A stretch of DNA of 64,000 nucleotides, taken from the NCBI GenBank assembly GCA_030390025.1, contig CM059435.1, positions 87,978,001-88,042,000 of the forward strand, read 5' to 3'. This DNA comes from Squalus acanthias. Taxonomy: Eukaryota. The translations under genes and the position numbers were made by a program. Shown one piece after another: positions 1 to 11,959 of the stretch; position 1 is the stretch's first letter, and each line of letters opens with the position of its first letter. The notes under the pieces were generated by a model. It was not told the DNA's origin. It did no database searches and saw only the letters and a program-made list of their open reading frames with translations.

Positions 1-810
1 GTGCATACCAATTTCCACTTCACTTGTAGAAAGAATTCAAGGGCATCACTGGCCTATTATCTCAAGAAATACTACAGTTCTTATTTTGAAGCAGATAGCA
101 TGCAACGTCACAAAGCATACTACATGTTAAGATGGTCATCTTCTCTAAAGTTTACCAAGTCACTTGAGAATAACACAGCGCTCCCATGTTAATTCAGCAT
201 TCCTGGGAAATGGTGTGAGCTTGGCTCAGTTGGTAGTAATCTCACCAATGGGTCAGAAGGTTCTGGGTCCAAGCTGCTGTCCAGGAATTTGAGTTCATAA
301 AATAAGTTGATGCAATAATAAAGCACTCCTTCACTAGAGTAAGTGCCATCCTTAGGATGAGATGTATAACCAAGCCTCCTGTCTGCCTGTTCAGTAAACA
401 CTGGAGCAAAAGAATAACAGGGAGGTGTTCTGACCAATAATGTTCCCTCAATCGATACCACCAAAAGCAAATGAATTGGTCATTCATCTCATTGTTGTTT
501 GTAGGATCTTGGCATGTGCAAAATGATTGTCATGTTTATTTACCTAACAGACTGGCCTGTGCGGAGATAACTGATCCTAGTCAGGATGGCAGGGGGATAC
601 CACAGTTGTTCCCTTTGACCCCGGCTGGAAATATTTCCAGATTTTCAACTCCTGATTGCTTCCAGTGTCTCCTTCTTGAAGTGGGCTCAGACTGATTTGG
701 GGTAAGGCTCAGTTGTGATCCAGTGGTGTGTAGCAGAATTGCTAGTCAAGTTAAAGTAGGATTATTCCGTAACATCAGCCAGACAAAAATACTAAATGAT
801 CATATCCTAC

Positions 811-938
811 CTATGTGCGGAAAAGATGATTTTGGCTCCCATGAAGTCAGGATTATCACGGCTGAATTGTCTGGCAACCTCCTGGTAAGCCATAATGGAC
901 CATTCCTTGTCATGTAAGGTTCCATTGAGTTCATACGC
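811..938 (-). CDS. ADA2: ADA2 fourth coding exon (absent from the ORF track)
   Basis: Hand translation: acceptor ctgttttag, then AYELNGTLHDKEWSIMAYQEVARQFSRDNPDFMGAKIIFSAH-R. GTAGGA donor; 128 nt. Resembles human [25 protein letters not shown] as I recall it. Confidence 0.93.
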
Positions 939-1389
939 CTAAAACAGATGCACAGTGCTGGATATTAATTCATTAAATTTACCATCAGATGACCTTGCAA
1001 AGGAATCATAGAATCTGCAGTAGAGAGGCCGTTAGCCATTGTGCCTTTGTGAGTGCTAATTCTCAACTGGAATTGTCTCTCGACCTGCCCTTCCCTGGTA
1101 TCCTTTTATTTTCTTCCTTTTTAAATACTTATCCAATTCCCTTTTAAATTATGCCATAAAGGCTGATTGCCCAATCAGGGTCCAAAATGACATACTCCAC
1201 TGGTAGCGCAGTGGCCCAGCCCCACCAGATTCCATGGGGAAGCTCATTTAAATATACACTGCACATTTTTTTCACATGCAGGAAGCATTGCTGCACTGGG
1301 GAAGGAGGGACTTGAGACTACAGCAGCTCTTGAAGGGCTGCTGCACGTCTTATATGGAGACACCTGATTTTAGTGGAGGCTAACTAGAC

Positions 1390-1605
1390 ATAGCTGGAGG
1401 AGTTCCCAGAACTATCTCCTTCATGGAAGAGATTCTGAAGTTTTATTGAGGAGTTGGCCCTGAAGAAAGTGTCAAATAGAGCCAAGGTGCTGTGCTGTAA
1501 ACGTGGCAGGAAGTGACCAATCATATGAATGTTCTCTCTATGCATCGCTCATGAGGGCAAATGACAAAAAAGTTCTCCAGAGTGAGGAAGAGTGCCAAGG
1601 TAAGG
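1390..1605 (+). pseudogene. Possible decayed Myb/SANT-like exon of a Harbinger element
   Basis: TWQEVTNHMNVLSMHRS*GQM...KKF...KSAK followed by a GTAAGG donor resembles Harbinger ORF2 trihelix exons; by-eye match only. Confidence 0.4.
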
Positions 1606-3134
1606 AATACTAATAGTCAAAGCAAAGGACAGCCTGTATGCATGCGCCAAGCATTCAGCTCACAGTATCCTACCACATCCACAATACAGTCTGTAAAGCA
1701 TTGACCCCACCTATCACTTCTTAAATCTCCTAAATATAATCCCTAAAGCTAGAACTCCAATTTGTTGGCTACCAAAGGAATAGGTTTCCTTTCACTCACA
1801 TAACTTTGCCATGTTTTCTCTATAGCTCATAAAACTACTTGCATGGCCTCTGCTATCCTCACACCTGGTGAAATAGACTGTTCATTGGGATGCCCCTCAA
1901 GTTACCCCCAAATGCTCAAAATTTCTCTTTGTTCTCTGTCAAAATCTTTCCCAGTTTTGATACCTCTATTAGATCTCTTTTAACCTGTGTTACAGGGCAA
2001 AAAGTTCCAATTGTGTGAGCCTATCTTCGTAACTATAATTACAAATATAACCACTTTCAACATCATTGCCACATAAGTTGTCTCATTGCTGGTGACTTGC
2101 CTTGCAGAATCAGTGGTGCCTTCCTTAGGGAAACTATAGAAACTGCAGGGCTAATTTTATGAAATCACACTCCTGGAAGGAAGCCTTTTCTGCCAGGAGT
2201 GCATATCGGGAATTCAGGCGCATGTTGCCCATGATTTTCCATTCATTTAATGGACAGAAAATCAAGGGAGTTTTATAACCAAATTCCCCACGTGTGCTCC
2301 AGGCAGCCAAGGCTCCCTGTCTGGAGGACAATTTCATAAAATTGGACCTTACATGCCAACAATTCCTTAACAAGAGACATCCATTTAAGATAACCACTGA
2401 AGGTTAAAGCGAGCCCATAATTAATATAATTACCCTAATCTTTTCTATACATACTCAATAATCACTGGAATTTTTCATAATGTCATCATTAGGAAAAAAT
2501 AGTTTTATTAGTGCCAATTATTTTCAGAATAATGACACAGCCAACATGATAATTGATGATAATTGTGAAGAAGATTCACATTATAGCAGGTCATTCCAGT
2601 CAATTATGTTATCTTTGTCATCATTCTAGACCCTGATGGCTTCACATTGTGTGAAATATTAAAAATATTTTAGTAAAATAGTCTAATCTTACCTCTTATT
2701 TGCTCCCCTAATGGTTGAGTTGGTAAATCCAGTGTGTAACTAAGCCATATAACCCAGAAGGTCACAGGTTCCATTATCTGTCTATGCTCAGTTAGCCAGG
2801 CAGCAATTAAGATGTTACAAGTAGCCTCAGTGCAGCTAGTTTAGGGAGAGGAAAACTAGTTCATCTATGATATCCCCCAACCCCTATAAACAAACAGCCT
2901 AACAACATTCACCTCCTGGGCTCACACAAGGTGTAGGAGGATTGACTTGTGCCACAGTAATGCCCCAGCATTATCCTCACTAAATGAGGGAGAGAAGGAG
3001 AAAACCACTACCCCATAAAAGGATGCAAAAGTATTATTTTTTTTAAATTATTTTGGCATATATAAATCCATATTTGCAAGAAACTCAAAAATGGGGTTTG
3101 AATTCACCTACACATGACAAATTTTTGGACAGGA

Positions 3135-3875
3135 TGGAAACGATAATCTGGGACAAAATGAACAGTCACTTGGACAAGTATGGATTAATTAAGGAAAGCC
3201 AGCACGGGTTTGTTGAAGGCAAATCATGTTTAACTAACTTGATTGAGTTTTTTTGATGAGGTAACAGAGAGGGTTGATGAGGGCAATGCGGCTGATGTGG
3301 TGTACATGGACTTCCAAAAAACGTTTGATAAAATGCCACATAATAGGCTTGCCAGCAAAGTTGAAGCCCATGGAATAAAAGGGACAGTGGTAGCATGGAT
3401 ACAAAATTGGCTAAGTGACAGGAAACAGAGAGTAGTGGTGAACGGTTGTTTTTCAGACTGGAGGAAGGTATACAGTGGTGTTCCCCAGGGGTGGGTACTA
3501 GGACCACTGCTTTTCTTGATATACTGTATATTAATGACTTAGACTTGGGTGTACAGGGCACTATTTCAAAATTTGCAGATGACACAAAACTTGGAAGTAT
3601 AGTGAACAGTGAGGAGGATAGTGATAGACTTCAAGAAGACATAGACAGGCTGGTAGAATGGGCGGACACGTGGCAGATGAAATTTATCGCAGAAAAGTGC
3701 GAAGTGATACATTTTGGTAGGAAGAACGAGGAGAGGCAATATAAACTAAAGGCTACAATTCTAAAGGGGGTGCATGTACAGAGAGACCTGGGGGTATATG
3801 TGCACAAATCATTGAAGGTGGCAGGGCAACTTGAGAAAGTGGTTAAAAAGCATACGGGATCCTGGGCTTCATAAA
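3135..3875 (+). mobile_element. CR1 LINE, left part (RT), 5'-truncated and frameshifted
   Basis: SQHGFVEGKSCLTNLIEFF, DVVYMDFQKTFDK, SGVPQG, ISKFADDTKLG. Confidence 0.9.
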
Positions 3876-4829
3876 CGCCTCCACTACTTGCCTTCAAACA
3901 GCCACCTAACCTCAGAAGTACCATCGTTCGCAGCAAATTACCCAGCTTTCAGGATAACAGCGACCACGACACCACACAACCCTGCCATGGCAAACTCTGC
4001 AAGACATGCCAGATCATCAACACAGATACCACCATCACACGTGAGGACACTACCCACCAGGTACATGGTACATACTCATGTGACTCGGCCAACGTTGTCT
4101 ACCTCATACGTTGCAGGAAAGAATGCACCGCGGCATGGTACATCGGCGAGACCATGCAGACACTGAGACAACGTATGAACGAGCACCGCGCAACAATCGC
4201 CAGGCAGGATTGTTACCTCCCAGTCGGGGAACACTTCAGCAGTCAAGGACATTCAGCCTCGGATCTGCGGGTAAGCGTTCTCCAAGGCAACCTTAGAAAC
4301 ACACGACAACGCAAAATCATCGAGCAGAAACTGATAGCCAAGTTCCGCACTCATGAAGACGGTCTCAATCGGGATCTTGGGTTTATGTCACGATACATGA
4401 CGTGATCCGGACTCGAGTCGTCGTTAGCTTGTTCACAGATGTGATTCCCAGTAAAAAAGTAAAAATTTTCCCAGTAAAAAAGTAAAAATTTTAAAGCTTT
4501 TCGTTTTACATACAGACGGCAGCTTTTGACACGTTAGAACCCCTGCGACTACACCTCATTGTCTCAGTTGTATCTTGCTATGTCTTTGATGTGGTACCTT
4601 CCTGGCTGACTTAATTAACTTTATCACACCTCGGCAGATAGTCAGGATGATTTAATTTAGTGGTCTGCAATTGAAAGGTACACATGCTTTGTTTTCTATC
4701 TATATATGCTTTGGCGATTCTGTATCTAATTTACTTCACCTGAGGAAGGAGCAATCGATAGCTCCGAAAGCTTGTGATTTCAAATAAAACTGTTGGACTA
4801 TAACCTGGTGTTGTGCGACCTCTCAATTT
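3875..4829 (+). repeat. 5' pseudo-LTR of the Penelope element
   Basis: Matches 7011-7965 at offset 3136; only two substitutions seen by eye (near 3904 and 4674). Confidence 0.95.
4736..4777 (+). ncRNA. Minimal type I hammerhead ribozyme in the 5' pseudo-LTR
   Basis: UCAC-CUGAGGA-A-GGAGC(aaucgaua)GCUCC-GAAA-GC-UU-GUGA: 4-bp stem I, intact core, 5-bp stem II, palindromic AGCU in place of stem III. Confidence 0.85.
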
Positions 4830-4864
4830 TGTCCACCCCAGTCCAACACCGGCATCTCCGCATC

Positions 4865-7541
4865 ATGACCACTATCGACACCACAAACTGCCGGCTCAAA
4901 GTGGAGAGAATCGCCAAGAAGATCGCGCATATCGACACCGACATCAAGTATCTACAGAGATGCAAGAAAGCAGACAAGATCCCGAAAGGACTACAGATCA
5001 CGAACCCACTCAAGTCGACATACAACACAGACTACGCTGAGAGACTCTGCCGTCGTACCTCTCGCACACTCCTCAACCATCTCGTACACCAGCTCTACAG
5101 CAAACGCCACAACCTCGAAACCAAGATAGAGTCCATGCTCTCAGCCTGTGCTCAGGACACAGCAGACCAGTTACGAGACACCACCAAACAGACGAGGCAA
5201 CGGAACTACGCTGCCTACATGCGCATCAAGAACAGGAAGCTTGAGAAACTCGGCATCACCACCAGCAGCAACCAAGCCTCCCCCGGTACCACGGCTGCAA
5301 CCACAGGGAAGTCCATCGTCAACTTGTCCGACCATACCCTTCAACCAGACGAAATCGAAGTTCTCGCCCTAGGGCTCAAGTTCTGCCCAACCACCAAAAT
5401 GGACCCCATCGGTCTCGCGGCAGACACGGAGGAATTCATCAGGAGAATGAGGCTCCGGGAATACTTCCACAAATCGCAAGATGTCAGCAACAAACCCAAT
5501 GAGACAATCAATGATCCAGAACAGCAGACGGAGGGACTCGCAGTGCAGCAACCGAAGAAAAAAGTCAAACTGGACCCCTCCGGAGGGTCGCTGCCCCAAG
5601 CTTGACATGTATGCTCAAGCTGTCAGGAGATGCATCAACGCCAGATTCATCAGCCGCACTCACAAGACAGTCCAGAATGTCACCCGAGCACAACGCAACG
5701 CCATCCACGCTCTCAAGACCAACCGCAACATTGTCATCAAACCAGCGGACAAAGGAGGAGCCATCGTCATACAGAACAGAACGGACTATTGTAAAGAAGC
5801 ATACCGACAACTGGACAACCAGGAACACTACAGACAGCTACCCGCAGATCCGACCAAAGAACACACCCGCCAACTCAATAGACTGATCAAGACCTTCGAT
5901 CCAGACCTTCAAAACATCCTACGCGCTCTCATCCCACGTACTCCCCGCGTGGGAGACTTCTACTGCCTCCCAAAGATACACAAAGCCAACACACCCGGAC
6001 GTCCTATCGTATCAGGCAATGGAACCCTGTGTGAGAACCTCTCTGGATACGTCGAGGGCATTCTGAAACCCATCGTACAGGGAACCCCCAGCTTCTGTCG
6101 CGACACTACAGACTTCTTACAGAAACTCAGCACCCACGGACCAGTTGAACCAGGAACACTCCTTGCCACGATGGACGTATCGGCACTCTACACCAGTATC
6201 CCCCACGATGACGGCATCGCTACAACAGCCTCAGTACTCAACATCAACAACAGCCAATCTCCAGACGCCATCCTACAACTCATCCGCTTCATCCTTGACC
6301 ACAATGTCTTCACCTTCGACAACCATTTTTTTACCCAAACACACGGAACAGCCATGGGGACCAAATTCGCACCCCAATACGCCAACATCTTCATGCACAA
6401 GTTCGAGCAAGACTTCTTCGCTGCACAGGACCTCCAGCCAACGCTGTACACCAGATACATCGACGACATTTTCTTCCTTTGGACCCATGGCGAAGGATCA
6501 CTGAAAAGACTACACGATAACATAAACAAGTTCCATCCCACCATCAAACTCACCATGGACTACTCCTCAGAATCGGTCTCATTCCTGGACACACGAATCT
6601 CCATCAAAGACGGACACCTCAGCACTTCACTCTACCGCAAGCCCACGGACAACCTCACGATGCTCCACTTCTCCAGCTTCCACCCTAACCATGTTAAAGA
6701 AGCCATCCCCTATGGACAAGCCCTGCGAATACACAGGATCTGCTCAGACGAGGAGGAACGCGATGGACACCTACGGACGCTGAAAAACGCCCTCGTAAGA
6801 ACGGGATATGACGCTCGACTCATCGATCGACAGTTCCGACGGGCCACAGCGAAAAATCGCATAGACCTCCTCAGAAGGCAAACACGGGACACAACCAACA
6901 GGGTACCCTACGTCGTCCAGTACTTCCCCGGAGCGGAGAAACTACGCCATGTTCTTCGCAGCCTTCAACATGTCATCGATGACGACAAACACCTCGCTAA
7001 GGCCATCCCCACGCCTCCACTACTTGCCTTCAAACAGCCGCCTAACCTCAGAAGTACCATCGTTCGCAGCAAATTACCCAGCTTTCAGGATAACAGCGAC
7101 CACGACACCACACAACCCTGCCATGGCAAACTCTGCAAGACATGCCAGATCATCAACACAGATACCACCATCACACGTGAGGACACTACCCACCAGGTAC
7201 ATGGTACATACTCATGTGACTCGGCCAACGTTGTCTACCTCATACGTTGCAGGAAAGAATGCACCGCGGCATGGTACATCGGCGAGACCATGCAGACACT
7301 GAGACAACGTATGAACGAGCACCGCGCAACAATCGCCAGGCAGGATTGTTACCTCCCAGTCGGGGAACACTTCAGCAGTCAAGGACATTCAGCCTCGGAT
7401 CTGCGGGTAAGCGTTCTCCAAGGCAACCTTAGAAACACACGACAACGCAAAATCATCGAGCAGAAACTGATAGCCAAGTTCCGCACTCATGAAGACGGTC
7501 TCAATCGGGATCTTGGGTTTATGTCACGATACATGACGTGA
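4865..7541 (+). CDS. Penelope polyprotein (N-terminal domain, reverse transcriptase, Cys-rich linker, GIY-YIG endonuclease) with one frameshift near 5555-5566
   Basis: ATG at 4865 (MTTIDTTNCRLK...). Second frame has IKPADKGG, LPKIHK, GRPIVS, MDVSALYTSI, GTAMG, RYIDD, CxxxxCxxC linker and VVYLIRC...WYIGET...RMNEH. Confidence 0.9.
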
Positions 7542-7965
7542 TCCGGACTCGAGTCGTCGTTAGCTTGTTCACAGATGTGATTCCCAGTAAAAAAGTAAAA
7601 ATTTTCCCAGTAAAAAAGTAAAAATTTTAAAGCTTTTCGTTTTACATACAGACGGCAGCTTTTGACACGTTAGAACCCCTGCGACTACACCTCATTGTCT
7701 CAGTTGTATCTTGCTATGTCTTTGATGTGGTACCTTCCTGGCTGACTTAATTAACTTTATCACACCTCGGCAGATAGTCAGGATGATTTAATTTAGTGGT
7801 CTGCAATTGTAAGGTACACATGCTTTGTTTTCTATCTATATATGCTTTGGCGATTCTGTATCTAATTTACTTCACCTGAGGAAGGAGCAATCGATAGCTC
7901 CGAAAGCTTGTGATTTCAAATAAAACTGTTGGACTATAACCTGGTGTTGTGCGACCTCTCAATTT
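7011..7965 (+). repeat. 3' pseudo-LTR of the Penelope element (endonuclease coding end plus 3' UTR)
   Basis: Direct repeat of 3875-4829; the ORF track gives the same C-terminal peptide ending at 4405 and 7541. Confidence 0.95.
7872..7913 (+). ncRNA. Minimal type I hammerhead ribozyme in the 3' pseudo-LTR
   Basis: Identical to 4736-4777. Confidence 0.85.
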
Positions 7966-8580
7966 CATAAATAGAGGCATAGAGTACAAAAGCAAGGAAG
8001 TTATGATGAACCTTTATAAAACACTGGTTCGGCCACAACTGGAGTATTGTGTCCAATTCTAGGCACCGCACTTTAGGAAGGATGTGAAGGCCTTAGAGAG
8101 GGTGCAGAAAAGATTTACAAGAATGGTTCCAGGGATGAGGGACTTCAGTTACATGGATAGACTGGAGAAGCTGGGGTTGTTCCCCTTAGAGCAGAGAAGA
8201 TTGAGAGGAGATTTGATCGAGGTGTTCAAAATCATGAGGGGTCTAGACAGAGTAGATAGAGAGAAACTGTTCCCATTGGCGGAAGGGTCGAGAACCAGAG
8301 GACACAGATTTAAGGTGATTGGCAGAAGATCCAAAGGCGACATGAGGAAAAACTTTTTTACACGAGTGGTTAGGATCTGGAATTCACTGCCTGAAAGGGT
8401 GGGGGAGGTAAATTCAATTGTGGCTTTCAAAAGGGAATTGGATAAGTACCTGAAAAAAAAATTGCAGGGCTATGGGGAAAGGGCGGGGGAGTGGGACTTG
8501 CTGAAGTGCTGTTGCAGAGAGCCGGCACGGGCTCGACGAGCCGAATGGCCTCCTTCTGTGCTGTAACCATTCTATGGTTT
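7966..8580 (+). mobile_element. CR1 LINE, right part (ORF2 C-terminus and 3' end)
   Basis: Continues GFINRGIEYKS from the left part; ALERVQKRFTRM, RRLRGDLIEVFK; ends GAATGGCCTCCTTCTGTGCTGTAACCATTCTATG. Confidence 0.9.
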
Positions 8581-10169
8581 TAAGAGTCCCTCCCTCTCAT
8601 TTGAATAGAGAACTGGTATATGAGAAGCTTTCCTAGAGAGCTTTGCCTGTTGCATCCTTGACTGGAGAACAAGAAATCTGACGAGACAGCAATCCTCAAA
8701 GAGTTGCAGATTGCCAGTAATAGCGAAGTTGTGGCAGTCGCAGAAAAATGTTCACAATGGCACGAGAGAGATATGTGGGCATCACTGATCTCTTTGATGC
8801 TGAAAAGTTGATGTCCTGCTGTAAGTGGTCACCCTCCTTCATTGCACTTCTTAAAGTACAACAGTGGCCCCATTTGGGACTGAAAGCTACCCTCCAGTAA
8901 AACCAGAAGTACAAGTTGGATGGAGAAGAGGTTGCCAACAACCGGATCACTTGTACCTGACACGAATTATCAGGAGGAAGGTGAAGGGCAAGTATGCTCC
9001 TCACTTTTGCACACAATTCTCGAGGTCCATCAAGCATGACACAAATCTAAATTAGGGAATCCTCCATCCTCTGAGATGCACCATTTAAAGTATTATACAC
9101 AACCTTTTGCACACCGTCACATTTCAGGATTTTCTGATCATTTTTCCACAGAAAGATGAATGTGTCAAATGGAAGTTGTTTTCTCCAGAGACTAAACAAT
9201 AAGCTATTCATTTGCTTGTCTAAGTAATTGAGGAACACCTCACACCCATTGTGCTGGAAAGTCCTTTGATCTCTGTCTGTAGAGAGAGATAAACAGAGAG
9301 GCTTTTTCAAACAAAAGTGCGGTGAGGGCATTCAGGGTTTTAAAACAGGAGAGCTGCAACAGCTCGCCAAGCTCTGAAAGTCAGAAATGTTGAAGGAACA
9401 GTTGAAAAACATCTTGTTTAAATGAAGTAAAGTTATCCACTTATGTGGAGAAGTGTGGTGTGTTCTTTATTTTGTATCATTATGCAAAGGTAAGTTGTAT
9501 TGATTGAATGAACTGAATCCAATCATAACTGCTGTTCTATATGTTCACTCATTGGGAAATAAAGCAGCGCAATGATTTGTATCAAGCCTCACCTCACCAA
9601 ATGCTTACTCAGTCCATCTTCAGAAGGATTGAAGAAGTATTATTGTTACACCCCGTGGGTCACGTGATCATAGAAGAAGATATGGTATGCCGTGTGAGAT
9701 GATTCTCACAAAAGACTCAGACTATTTACAGAAACAAATGACGCCACTGAATGAAAGAAGTTAACTATGGTAAACCCAAATTTATAATACATACCCTCTT
9801 TCTATCTGGTCATTATCACATTGCTGTTTGTGGGAGCTTGCTGTGCGCAAATTGGCTGCCGTGTTTCCTATATTACATCAGTGACTACACTTCAAAAGTA
9901 CTTCATTGGCTGTAAAGTGCTTTGGGACGTCCCGAGGTCGTGAAAGGCGCTATAGAAATGCAAGTCCTTTCTTTCTTTCATTGTACCAAAGCTGGTCAAC
10001 ATACTATTCTTGCCAGCAAAGATGGAATGGTAAACAGATGCTCAGGCTTCCAACCCAAGGCTTTCCTTTGGTTCAATGGTTTCTCATTGGGTTAAGCAGC
10101 CAAGGATGTAGAGGTCAGCCCTGATCTGCTAACAGCCATCCCCTCTCATATTTTTTTTTTTAACAATGT

Positions 10170-10830
10170 GGGCACTGTAGTTTGCTGCATCATGGGTGCT
10201 TCCTGGAAAATAGTCATGGATGTGCATAATGATGTTTCTTAGTCGTGTACCACAGGAACCCTTTTGTTCATGCAGGTAATGAGGTTGCTATGAGGAACCT
10301 GATGCTCACAGGTGTCACCTATAATGCCTTGCACTCAAAGGAACCCTGCTACCCAGTGAAAGCTCTGCTTCCTGTCCAACTGATGCCTCCTTTCCACAGG
10401 GGAAATGATGAAGACGTTGCCTCTTGCAAACATATCTTTTGTCACTTGCTTGATGCGTGTGTGCACTACAGACAGCCCGATGTAGCAGATCTCCCCTGGG
10501 TGGTTTGGAAGGATCAGGTAGCATGAAAGCTTCATGCTGTAATAACCTTCACTTCTACAGGATGAGCTCTCTGATCCAAACGTTGTCCCCAGGCCATCCT
10601 GTAGCAAATGGTACAACTCTGTGGCAGCTTGTCTTCTGAAGTGCAGACAGTGAAGACAAGTCGCCATGAACATGTCCAGGTTCATGTAGTGGGGTCTATA
10701 AACATGGTCCCAAGGTAATGATGGGGGTGGACAAAAAAACCTCAGAAGTTGTTGGCCCCTCATGAACTCCTCATCCTCATCGCAGCACATTTGGAATCCC
10801 CAAAAGAATTCCCATCATCAGCACTTTATA
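10170..10830 (-). pseudogene. Decayed PIF/Harbinger (HARBI1-like) transposase
   Basis: Remnants across frames: VYRPHYMNLDM...CLHFRRQAATELYHLLQ, PVEVKVITA, ICYIGLSVVHTRIKQVT, GFL*VQGII, IMHIHDYFPGSTHDA. Confidence 0.75.
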
Positions 10831-11114
10831 TGGTGCAATTCAAAGGGCAACAGCAACCAAGGAAGGAAAGTATTGACAATAATACTTCTTCAATCCTTCC
10901 GAAGGCGGGCTAAGTAAATACTTTGGTGACAGAACAAAAACCCCAAAAATTGGCAGACCACCCAGCAAAACCAACTAATGTGTGGAGAAAATGCAACAAA
11001 ATATAATTTACAAATGAAAGAAAAACTAAAGATTTTTTACAAGCACTGAAACTATAATTTCTCTCTAAGAAACCTGTTTGAGTAGCCCAAGTCCATGGGC
11101 AAGGTACCTGCTGC

Positions 11115-11345
11115 ACATCAACAACAACGTGTATTTATATAGCACCTTTAACATAATAAATCATCCCAAGACACTTCACAGGAGCGTTATCAAACAAAAT
11201 TTGACACCGAGCCATAAGGGGATATTAGGGCAGATGACCAAAAGCTTGGTCAAAGAGGTAGGTTTTAAGGAGCATCTTAAAGGAGGAAAGAGAAGTAGTG
11301 AGCATTAGGGAGAGAATTACAGAGCTTAGGGCCTTGGCAGCTGTT
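11115..11345 (-). mobile_element. L2-type LINE 3' end
   Basis: Tail resembles the SINE 3' end (GGTGCTATATAAATACACGTTGTTGTTG). Similar fragments near 26460-26760, 51568-51960, 62050-62420 and 63170-63535. Confidence 0.6.
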
Positions 11346-11959
11346 GTTGAAGATTTGCCTGAAGTTGTAAAATTCTGCACAGAACCTAAATATTTTAGCT
11401 ATTTAAAATGAAGCCTGTGCATGTCAGAAGCATGGCCTCAATTTTTTTTATTTCCTGGACTTCACTTCACCACTGCTGGGGTGTGTAGGAATATACATAT
11501 ATCAAGTATATGTAATAATCAGAACCTATAAACATCAGGCAATGAATCTGACACTTGTATCATTCATGAAATCTAGATAACTCACTGGGTACTTTTAAAG
11601 TTTTTGAATTACAACATCTTAATTAGCCTCCATACCCGAACACGTAATGCCCAATAGGAGCTATTAGAACTGAAACCAATTTGTAAGGTTTCTTTTGAGT
11701 TCCTGTCAGTCTGTGACAGATCAGTGATCCTGCACAAAAGCTAGATCAGGAGCAGGATTGAATGGCCCATAGTTATGCTGTGCGCACTGGCAAAGTGGCC
11801 CTTAACTTGGCCTGCAGCATCTATGCAAAATCAGTACATAATAATTGTCCTAGGTTTTTTTTTTGCCTTTCAGTTAATGATGCTATTAAACTACCGTGGC
11901 TACGATCAGATCCGAGTCGGACTGGTATGAAATCACACAAGAATTTTTTTTTACAGAAT

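Larger units (their letters stand above)
3875..7965 (+). mobile_element. Penelope-like retroelement (Neptune-type), near full length, partial tandem pseudo-LTR structure
   Basis: RT plus GIY-YIG ORF; direct repeats 3875-4829 and 7011-7965; flanking duplication TTCATAAA at 3868-3875 and 7964-7971; splits a CR1 LINE. Confidence 0.95.

Noticed and set aside
1-810. Next ADA2 exon (...AGFDL)
   Set aside because: Not found; the region is mostly decayed SINE sequence.
3875-7965. LTR retrotransposon or endogenous retrovirus, given the long direct repeats
   Set aside because: No TG...CA ends, gag, protease or integrase. The repeat includes coding sequence and the protein is RT plus GIY-YIG.
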